NCBI RefSeq assembly: GCF_009914755.1 | Contig: NC_060948.1 | Strand: one strand, 5' to 3' | Length of the DNA: 64,000 nucleotides | From: the human T2T-CHM13v2.0 reference genome, Homo sapiens | Shown here: positions 1-16,160 of the stretch, in pieces | Layout of the letters: each line of letters begins with the position of its first letter | Numbering within the stretch: the first letter of the stretch is position 1 | Notes under the pieces: generated by a model | Database searches by the model: none | The model's input: only the letters and a program-made list of their open reading frames with translations | What the model was told of the DNA's origin: nothing | Translations under genes and position numbers: made by a program

Positions 1-209
1 GGGTCCAAGCGATTGTCCTCCCTCAGCCTCCCAGGTAGCTGGGACTACACCACACTGGGACTACACCAGCTGCCACCATGCCTAGCTAATTTTTTGGATT
101 TTTAGTAGTGACAGCCTTTCAGTGTATTGGCCAGGATGGTCTTGATCTCTTCACCTTGTGATCCCCTCGCCTTGGCCTCCCAATTTGCTGGGATTAGAGG
201 CCCGAGCCA
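1..209 (-). mobile_element. Alu SINE (partial, cut by window start) within a DYZ2 unit
   Basis: Antisense Alu motifs cctcagcctccc, gctgggactac, ttttagtag, ggccaggatggtcttgatctc and tgctgggatta..gagcca. Confidence 0.95.
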
Positions 210-790
210 AGATCCATATTTTTTAAATGAAAAAAAATTTCAAAGGTACTCTGCTTGGTACAATAATCAAATGTATAAACTGAGGAATAAAACATAACCA
301 TGAAACCTACTTATAACTGCATATGGAAAATACAGAGGATAATTTTTTAAATAACATATTTTGAAAGCCTTAACTAGTAATTTGAAGAGTTGGCATTTGA
401 AAGGCCAGTATGAATACACCTTCAAAGCAGCAACACAGGTTCCCCATGAGAAAAAGCAAACTCAGGGAAAATAAAACCACAAAGGTTCAACCTCTTCTGA
501 CCTTTGAAAGGGACAGCACAGACAGCGGTCCTTAGGACGAAGAGCAGGAGACCCCTAATCCCGTCACCATGGCGATAGGGCATAAACATTGCTGGGTGAG
601 GGCGCAATCCACATTGTGAGGTCCAACTGCTGCCAGGAAGACAGGAGTGCTTTTACATAGAACGAAAGGTCATTGAAGGCTCAGAGTTTTGTTTCAAGAA
701 CTGAATCCCAACCCCACAGCTTATTACGCTGCGCTTCTTAAAACAAGTTATGAGATGGGAAAAAGGGCACCCACAAACTTACGTATACAT
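210..790. repeat. HSATI-type, non-Alu, higher-complexity segment of the DYZ2 unit (representative copy)
   Basis: A conserved block between the Alu and the AT-rich tract. Other copies start at about 2625, 5044, 7464, 9884, 12300 and 14690. The right boundary is approximate. The HSATI name rests on known DYZ2 composition, not on an alignment. Confidence 0.75.
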
Positions 791-2624
<1,834 letters not shown>

Positions 2625-4722
2625 AGATCCATATTTTTTAAATGAAAAAAAATTTCAAGGGTACTCTGCTTGGTACAATAATCAAATGTATAAACTGAGG
2701 AATAAAACATAACCATGAAACATACTTATAACTGCATATGGAAAATACAGAGGATAATTTTTTAAATAACATATTTTGAAAGCCTTAACTAGTAATTTGA
2801 AGAGTTGGCATTTGAAAGGCCAGTATGAATACACCTTCAAAGCAGCAACACAGGTTCCCCATGAGAAAAAGCAAACTCAGGGAAAATAAAACCACAAAGG
2901 TTCAACCTCTTCTGACCTTTGAAAGGCACAGCACAGACAGTGGTCCTTAGGACGAAGAGCAGGAGACCCCTAATCCCGTCACCATGGCGATAGGGCATAA
3001 ACATTGCTGGGTGAGGGCGCAATCCACATTGTGATGTCCAACTGCTGCCAGGAAGACAGGAGTGCTTTTACATAGACCGAAAGGTCATTGAAGGCTCAGA
3101 GTTTTGTTTCAAGAACTGAATCCCAAGCCCACAGCATATTACGCTGCGCTTCTTAAAACAAGTTATGAGATGGGAAAAAGGGCACCCACAAACTTACGTA
3201 TACATTATGTATATAATAATATACAGTATCATATATATAATATATATAACCTATCTATAATATTGTTTTACATCCTGCATCTTATATTATATATATTGTA
3301 TAAAATATAATAATTGATAATATATAAGTTTTATATTTATACAATATGACATATAGTATATATTATAATTTATGGCATATATAATATATGTTATATATCA
3401 TATATAGAATATATTACACGGTTAATATACGTATTAAATATAAATTATACATCATATATATTATATATAATATATCTGTTATATATAACACCCATTATGC
3501 ATTATATATATATTATGTCTATGTTATATATAGTATAAAACAACATATAATAATATATAATTGTATATATAAAATGTGACATATAATATATATTATATTT
3601 TATGACATATGTAATATAAATTATATATTATATATAATACGTTGTATGTATAATACCTATATTAAATATATATGATAGGACTATGTTATTAATTACATGT
3701 ACCATATGTTATATATTATATATTTTACGTAGAATATACCGGTTACATTCAATATATACTATGTTACCAATAATGTATAATTTATTACATGTAATATAAA
3801 GAATTTCATATATTATATATAATTTATAATATACAATATGTGGAATGTGATATATATAACATATAATATATGAAATATGATATACAGTATATGATATATA
3901 ACATACAATATATGATACCTAATATATATGGTATACAATATATATTTTATGATATGAATTCTATATGTTTTATATTCTGTTATATATAACTATTTGAAAT
4001 TATATATAACTGTATAATATTTTACGTAAATATGTAATATAATATATATAACTATATAATATATTATATATAACTATATGTTATGTTATATATACTTTTA
4101 TAACATAAATTAGATAAAATATCATAATATAATATATATTATATTATTTCATATTAGATAATATATATTACATATCACCCAATATAAGTAACATACATAA
4201 TATTAAAATATAGATTATATTATGTTATATTAAATATCATATATATCATGTATCATATATTCTATAATATATATTATATATTATATAATATGCATGTTGT
4301 CTATTATGTGATATATATAACTATATATATAATTATATTATTATACATATAACTACATAAACATGTAATTCTATATATTTTCATTTATAATAAATAGAAT
4401 TATATAATCATATATAATTATTTATATTCTATAAAAAATTTTATCATTATATAAATTATAAAATATTAAAATTATAATATGTACTACAAATATATATATT
4501 ATATATCATATATGTTATAGTACCTTTGTTATATATCATAGTACATATAAATGTGTATTATGTTATCTATAATTATATAATTTCATATATAAGATGTATA
4601 ATATGTATTATATATTATATATGTTATGTAATATATATAGTATATATAACATGACACAGGATAAATATTATATACTATGACATATAAAATATATGAGGTT
4701 ATATGTTACATATAAGGCATAG

Positions 4723-5043
<321 letters not shown>

Positions 5044-7148
5044 AGATCCATATTTTTTAAATGAAAAAAAATTTCAAAGGTACTCTGCTTGGTACCATAA
5101 TCAAATGTATAAACTGAGGAATAAAACACAACCATGAAACATACTTATAACTGCATATGGAAAATACAGAGGATAATTTTTTAAATAACATATTTTGAAA
5201 GCCTTAACTAGTAATTTGAAGAGCTGGCATTTGAAAGGCCAGTATGAATACACCTTCAAAGCAGCAACACAGGTTCCCCATGAGAAAAAGCAAACTCAGG
5301 GAAAATAAAACCACAAAGGTTCAACCTCTTCTGACCTTTGAAAGGCACAGCACAGACAGTGGTCCTTAGGACGAAGAGCAGGAGACCCCTAATCCCGTCA
5401 CCATGGCGATAGGGCATAAACATTGCTGGGTGAGGGCGCAATCCACATTGTGAGGTCCAACTGCTGCCAGGAAGACAGGAGTGCTTTTACATAGACCGAA
5501 AGGTCATTGAAGGCTCAGAGTTTTGTTTCAAGAACTGAATCCCAAGCCCACACGTTATTAGGCTGCGCTTCTTAAAACAAGTTATGAGATGGGAAAAAGG
5601 GCACCCACAAACAGACGTATACATTATGTATATAATAATATACAGTATCATATATATAATATATATAACCTATCTATAATATTGTTTTACATCCTGCATC
5701 TTATATTATATATATTGAATAAAATATAATAATTGATAATATATAAGTTTTATATTTATACAATATGACATATAGTATATATTATAATTTATGGCATATA
5801 TAATATATGTTATATATCATATATAGAATATATTATACGGTTAATATACGTATTAAATATAAATTATACATCATATATATTATATATAATATATCTGTTA
5901 TATATAACACCCATTATGCATAATATATATATTATGTCTATGTTATATATAGTGTAAAACAACATATAGTAATATATAATTGTATATATAAAATGTGACA
6001 TATAATATATATTATATTTTATGACATAAGTAATATATATTATATATTATATATAATACGTTTTATATATAATACCTATATTAAATATATATTATATGCG
6101 TATGTTATTAATTACATGTCACATATGTTATATATTATATATTTTACATAGAATATACCGGTTACACACAATATATACTATGTTACCTGTAATGTATAAT
6201 TTAATACATGTAATATAAAGAATGTCATATATTATATATAATTTATAATATAAAATATGTGAAATGTGATATATATAACATATAATATATGATATATGAT
6301 ATACAGTATATGATATATAACATACAATATATGATACCTAATATATATGGTATACAATGTATATTTTATGATATGTATTCTATATGTTTTATATTCTGTA
6401 ATATGTAACCATTTGAAATTATATACCACTGTATAATATTTTATGTAAATATGTAATATAATATATATAACTATATAATATATTATATATAACTATATAG
6501 TATGTTATATATAGTTTTATAACATAATATACATAAAATATCATAATATAATATATATTATATTATTTCATATTACATAATATATATTACATATCACCCA
6601 ATATAAGTTACATACATAATATTAAAATATAGATTATATTATGTTATATTAAATATCATATATATCATGTATCATATATTCCATAATATATATTATACAT
6701 TATATAATATGTATGTTGTCTATTATGTGATATATATAACTATATATATAATTATATTATTATACATATAACTACATAAACATGTAATTCTATATATTTT
6801 CATTTATAATATATAGAATTATATAGTCATATATAATTATTTATATTCTATAAAAAATTATATCATTATATAAATTATAATATATAAAAATTATAATATG
6901 TACTACAAATATATATATTATAAATCATATATGATATAGTACCTTTGTTATATATCATATTACATATAATTGTGTCTTATGTTATCTATAATTATATAAT
7001 TTCATATATAAGATATATAATATGTATTATATATTTTATATGTTATGTAATATATATAGTATATATAAGATGACACAGGATAAATATTATATTCTATGAC
7101 ATATAAAATATATGAGGTTATATGTTACATATAAGGCATAGCACATAA

Positions 7149-7463
<315 letters not shown>

Positions 7464-9568
7464 AGATCCATATTTTTTAAATGAAACAAAATTTCAAAGG
7501 TACTCTGTTTGATACAATAATCAAATGTATAAACTGAGGAATAAAACATAACCATGAAACATACTTATAACTGCATATGGAAAATACAGAGGATAATTTT
7601 TTAAATAACATATTTTGAAAGCCTTAACTAGTAATTTGAAGAGTTGGCATTTGAAAGGCCAGTATGAATATACCTTCAAAGCGGCAACACAGGTTCCCCA
7701 TGAGAAAAAGCAAACTCAGGGAAAATAAAACCACAATGGTTCAATCTCTTCTGACCTTTGAAAGACACAGCACAGACAGTGGTCCTTAGGACGAAGAGCA
7801 GGAGACCCCTAATTCCGTCACCATGGCGATAGGGCATAAACATTGCTGGGTGAGGGCACAATCCACATTGTGAGGTCCAACTGCTGCCAGGAAGACAGGA
7901 GTGCTTTTACATAGACCGAAAGGTCATTGAAGGCTCAGAGTTTTGTTTCAAGAACTGAATCCCAAGCCCACACGTCATTATGCTGCGCTTCTTAAAACAT
8001 GCTATGAGATGGGAAAAAGGCTACCCACAAACATACGTATACATTATGTATATAATAATATACAGTATCATATATATAATATAAATAACCTATGTATAAT
8101 ATTGTTTTACATCCTGCATCTTATATTATATATATTCTGTAAAATATAATAATTGATAATATATAAGTTTTATATTTATACAATATGACATATAGTACAT
8201 ATTATAATTTATGACATATATAATATATATTATATATCATATTTGGAATATATTTTACGGTTAATATACGTATTAAATATAAATTATACATTATATATAT
8301 TATATATAATATATCTGTTATATATAATACCCATTATACATAATATATATATTATGTCTATGTTATATATAGTATAAAACAACATATAATAATATATCAT
8401 TGTATATATAAAATATGACATATAATATATATTATATTTTATAACTTATGTAATATATGTTATATATTATATATAATACGTTGTATGTATAATACCTATA
8501 TTAAATATATATTATATGAGTATGTTATTAATTACATGTCACATATGTTATATATTATATATTTTACATAGAATATACCGGTTACACACAATATATATTA
8601 TGTTACCTATAATGTATAATTTATTACATGTAATATAAAGTATGTCATATATTATATATAATTTATAATATACAATATGTGTATTGTGATATATATAACA
8701 TATAATATATGATATATGATATACAGTATATGATATATAACATACAATATATGATACCTAATATATATGGTATACAATGTATATTTTATGATATGTATTC
8801 TATATGTTTTATATCCTGTAATATATAACCATTTGAAATTATATACCACTGTATAATATTTTATGTAAATATGTAATATAATATATATAACTATATAATA
8901 TATTATATATAACTATATAGTATGTTATATATAGTTTTATAACATAATATACATAAAATATCATAATATAATATATATTATATTATTTCATATTACATAA
9001 TATATATTACATATCACCAAATATAAGTTACATACATAATATTAAAATATAGATTATGTTATGTTATATTAAATATCATATATATCATGTATCATATATT
9101 CCATAATATATATTATACATTATATAATATGTATGTTGTCTATTATGTGATATATATAACTACATATATAATTATATAATTATACATATAACTACATAAA
9201 CATGTAATTCTATATATTTTCATTTATAATATATAGAATTATATAGTCATATATAATTATTTATATTCTATAAAAAATTATATCATTATATAAACTATAA
9301 TATATAAAAATTATAATATGTACTACAAATATATATATTATAAATCATATATGATATAGTACCTTTGTTATATATCATATTACATATAATTGTGTATTAT
9401 GTTATCTATAATTATATAATTTCATATATAAGATATATAATATGTATTATATATTTTATATGTTATGTAATATATATAGTATATATAAGATGACACAGGA
9501 TAAATATTATATTCTATGACATATAAAATATATGAGGTTATATGTTACATATAAGGCATAGCACATAA

Positions 9569-9883
<315 letters not shown>

Positions 9884-11984
9884 AGATCCATATTTTTTAA
9901 ATGAAAAAAAATTTCAAAGGTACTCTGCTTGGTACAATAATCAAATGTATAAACTGAGGAATAAAACATAACCATGAAACATACTTATAACTGTATATGG
10001 AAAATACAGAGGATAATTTTTTAAATAACATATTTTGAAAGCCTTAACTAGTAATTTGAAGAGTTGGCATTTCAAAGGCCAGTATGAATATACCTTCAAA
10101 GCAGCAACACAGGTTCCCCATGAGAAAAAGCAAACTCAGGGAAAATAAAACCACAAAGGTTCAATCTCTTCTGACCTTTGAAAGACACAGCACAGACAGT
10201 GGTCCTTAGGACGAAGAACAGGAGACCCCTAATTCCATCACCATGGCGATAGGGCATAAACATTGCTGGGTGAGGGCACAATCCACATTGTGAGGTCCAA
10301 CTGCTGCCAGGAAGACAAGAGTGCTTTTACATAGACCGAAAGGTCATTGAAGTCTCAGAGTTTTGTTTCAAGAACTGAATCCCAAGCCCACACGTTATTA
10401 TGCTGTGCTTCTTAAAACAAGTTATGAGATGGGAAAAAGGGCACCCACAAACATACTTATACATTATGTATATAATAATATACAGTATCATATATATAAT
10501 ATATATAACCTATATATAATATTGTTTTACATCCTGCATCTTGTATTATATATATTGTATAAAATATAATAATTGATAATATATAAGTTTTATATTTATA
10601 CAATATGACATATAGTATATATTATAATTTATGACATATATAATATTTGTTATATATCAGATATAGAATATATTATACTTTTAATATACGTATTAAATAT
10701 AAATTATACATTATATATATTATATATAATATATCTGATATATATAATACCCATTATACATAATATATATATTATGTCTATGTTATATATAGTATAAAAC
10801 AACATATAATAATATATAATTGTATATATAGAATGTGACATATAATATATATTATATTTTATGACATATGTAATATATATTATATATTATATATAATATG
10901 TTGTATGTATAATACCTATATTAAAGATATATTATATGATGATGTTATTAATTACATGTCACATATGTTATATATTTTATATTTTACATGGAATATACCG
11001 GTTACATATAATATATGCTATGTTACCTATAATGTATAATTTATTACATGTCATATAATGAATGTCATATATTTTGTATAATTTATAATATATAATATGT
11101 GGAATGTGATATATATAACATATAATATATGATGTATGATATAGAGTATATGATATATAACATACAATATATGATACAAAATATATATTGTATACAATAT
11201 ATATTTTATGATATGAATTCTATATGTTTTATATTCTGTTATATATAACTATGTGAAATTATATATAAATGTATAATATTTTATGTAAATATGTAATATA
11301 ATATATATAACTAAGAAATATATTATATATAACTATAAATTATGTCTTATATAGTTTTATTACACTTTACATAAAATATCATAATATAATGTATATTATA
11401 TTATTTTATATTACATAATATATATTATATATCACATAATATAAGTTACATACATAATATTAAAATATAGATTATATTATGATATATTAAATATCATGTA
11501 TATCATGTATCATATATTGTATAATATATATTATACATTTTATATTATATATGTTGTCTATTATGTGATATATATAATTATATATATAATTACATTATTA
11601 TACATATAACTACATAAAATGTAATTCCATATGTTTTCATTTACAGTATATATAATTATATAATCATATATATTTATTTATATTCTAGAAAAAATTATAT
11701 CATTATATAAATAATAATATATAAAAATTATACTATGTACTAAAATATATATATTATATATCATATATGATATAGTATATTTGTTATATATCATATTACA
11801 TATAACTATATATTATGTTATCTATAATAATATATTTTCATATATAAGATGTATAATATGTATTATATATTATAAATGTTATGTAATATATATAGTATAC
11901 ATAAGATGACACAGGATAAATATTATATACTATGACATATAAAATATATGAGGTTATATGTTACATATAAGGCATAGCACATAA

Positions 11985-12299
<315 letters not shown>

Positions 12300-14397
12300 A
12301 GATCCATATTTTTTAAATGAAAAAAAATTTCAAAGGTACTCTGCTTGGTACAGTAATCAAATCTATAAACTGAGGAATAAAACATAACCGTGAAACATAC
12401 TTATAACTGCATATGGAAAATACAGAGTATAATTTTTTAAAATAACATATTTTGAAAGCCTTAACTAGTAATTTGAAGAGTTTGCATTTGAAAGGCCAGT
12501 ATGAATATACCTTCAAAGTAGCAACACAGGTTCCAAATGAGAACAATCAAACTCAGGGAAAATAAAACCACAAATGTTCACTCTGTTCCGACCTTTGAAA
12601 AACACAGCACAGACAGTGGCACTTAGGACCAAGAGCAGGAGATCCCTAATCCCGTCACCATGGCGATAGGGCATAAACATTGCGGGGTGAGGGCACAATC
12701 CACATTGTGAGGTCCAATTGCTGCCAGGAAGACAGGAGTGCTTTTACATAGACCGAAAGGTCATTGAAGGCTCAGTGTTTCGTTTCAAAACCTGAATCCC
12801 AAGCCCACACGTTATTATGCTGCGCTTCTTAAAACAAGTAATGAGAAGGGAAATAGGGCACCCACAAACATACGTATATATTATGTATATAATAATATAC
12901 AGTATCATATATATAATATATATAACCTATGTTTAATATTGTTTTACATCCTGCATCTTATATTATATATATTATATGTAATATAATAATTGATAATATA
13001 TAAGTTTATATTTATACAATATGACTTATAATATATATTATGTTTTATGACATATATAATATAGATTATATATCATATATTGAATATACTATACGGTTAA
13101 TATACATATTAAATATATAATATACATTATATATATTATATCTACGTCATATATAACATTAACTATAGATAATATATATATTATATCTAGCTTATATATA
13201 ATATAAAATAACAGATAATAATATATAATTGTATATATATAATATGACATATAATATATATTATATTTTATGACATATATATCATATATATTATATATTA
13301 TATATAATACGTTGTATGTATAATACATATATTATATATATATTATAAGTCTAAATTATTAATTATATGTAATATATGTTATATATTACATATTTTACAT
13401 TTAATACACATGTTACATACAATATATACTATGTTACATGTAACCTAGAATTTATTATATATAATATAATGTATGTCATATATTATATATACTTTATAGT
13501 ATACAATATGTGGAATGTGATATATATAACATGTAATATATGATATATGATATACGATATATGATATATAATATACAATATATGATACATTATATATATG
13601 GTATACAATATATATTTTATGATATATATTATATATGTTTTATATTATATTATACATAACTATTTAATTATATATAACTCTATAATATTGTAGGTAAATA
13701 TATAATATAATACATATAACCATATATTATGTTATTTATAATTTTATTACGTACATTCAATAATATATCATAATATAATATATATTATATTATATTATTT
13801 TATATTACATAATATATATTATATATCACATAGTATGTGTTACATACATAATATTTAAATATATATTATATTATGATATATTAAATATTATATATATTAT
13901 GTATGCTATAGTGTATAATATATATTATATATTATATAATATGCAGGGTGTCTATTATATGATATATATTATTATATATATAATTATATTATACATATAA
14001 TGATATAAATATGTAATTATATTTATCATTATTTATATTACATATAGTTATATAATCATATATAATAATTTATTTTATAAAAATAATTATATCATAATAT
14101 AAATTATAGTATATATAAATTATAATATGTGATAAATAATATATATTATATATCATATATGATATAGTGTATATGTTATATATCATATTATATATCAATT
14201 TACGTTATGATATCTATAATTATATATTTTCATATATAAGATGTATAATATGAATTATATATTATATATGTTATTAAATATATACTTTATATAAAATGAC
14301 ACAGGATAAATGTTATATATTATGACATATGATATATATGCGGTTATATATTATATATGAAGCAGATTACATAACATATAATATATATCATATATAA

Positions 14398-14689
<292 letters not shown>

Positions 14690-16140
14690 AGATCCATATT
14701 TTTTAAATGAGAAAAAATTTCAAAGTTATTCTGCTTGGTACAATAATCAAATATATAAACTGAGGGTTAAAACATAACCTTGGAACATATTTATAACTGC
14801 ATATGGATAATACAGAGGATAATTTTTTAAATAACATATTTTGAAAGCATTAACTGGTAATTTGAAGAGTTGGCATTTGAAAGGCCAGTATGAATATACC
14901 TTCAAAGCAGCAACACAGGTTCCCCATGAGAAAAATCAAACTTAGGGAAAATAAAACCAGAAAGGTTCAATCTTTTCTGACCTTTGAAAGACACAGCACA
15001 GACAGTGGTCCTTAGGACGAAGAGCAGGAGACCCCTAATTCCGTCACCATGGCGATAGGGCATAAACATTGCTGGGTGAGGGCACAATCCACATTGTGAG
15101 GTCCAACTGCTGCCAGGAAGACAGGAGTGCTTTTACATAGACCCAAAGTTCATTGAAGGCTCAGTGTTTTGTTTCAAAAACTGAATCCCAAGCCCACAGG
15201 TTATTATGCTGTGCTTCTTAAAAAAAGTTATGAGATGGGATATAGGGCACCCACAATTATATCTATACATTATGTATATAATAATATATAGAATCATATA
15301 TATAATATATTTAACATATATATATAATACTGTTTTACATCCTGCAGTTATATTATATATATTATATGTATTATAATAACTGGTAATGTATAAGTATTAT
15401 ATTTATACACTATGACATATAATAATTATATTTTATGCCGTATATAATATATATTATATACCATATACCAAATATATTATATGGTTAATATACGTATTAA
15501 ATATATAATATACATTATATATATTATATCTACGTTATATATAACATTCACTATAGTTAATATATATATTATATCTAGCTTATATATAATATAAAATAAC
15601 ATATAATAATATATAACTGTATATATAAAATATGACATATAATATATATTATATTTTATGACATATATATGATATGTATTATATATTATATATAATATGT
15701 TGTAAGTATAATACATATATTAAATATATATTATATGTCTATGTTATTAATTATATGTAATATATGTTATATATTACATATTTGATATAGAATACACATG
15801 TTACATAGAATATATTCTATGTTACATATAACGTAGAATTTATTATGTGTAATATAATGTATGTCATATATTATAAATTCCTTATAATATACAATATGTG
15901 GAATGTGATATATATAACTTGTAATATATGATATATGATATACAATATATGTTATATAACATACAATATATGATACATAATATATATGGTATAGAATATA
16001 TATTATATATGTTTTATATTTTATTATATATAAATATTTAAAATTATATATAAATGTATAATATTATACGTAAATATATAATATACTACATATAACCATA
16101 TATTATGTTATATAAAATTTTATTACATACTTTCCATAAT

Positions 16141-16160
16141 ATATCATATGGACTCCTTTG
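16141..16160. other. DYZ2-DYZ1 block junction
   Basis: atatcat|a|tggactcctttgg. The left side matches the DYZ2 AT-rich sequence taatatatcata (compare 13761-13772). The right side matches the DYZ1 landmark atggactcctttgg (compare 19592). Confidence 0.93.

Noticed and set aside
450-490. Faint resemblance of cagggaaaataaaaccacaa to a LINE-1 ORF2 3' motif
   Set aside because: It covers only about 20 bp and I could not extend it by eye. It would need an nhmmer hit against Dfam to be credible.
422-607. 61-aa minus-strand ORF kept open in all seven DYZ2 units
   Set aside because: It starts at TTG, is short, has no recognisable domain, and differences between copies are frequently amino-acid changing. 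Its conservation is explained by satellite amplification.
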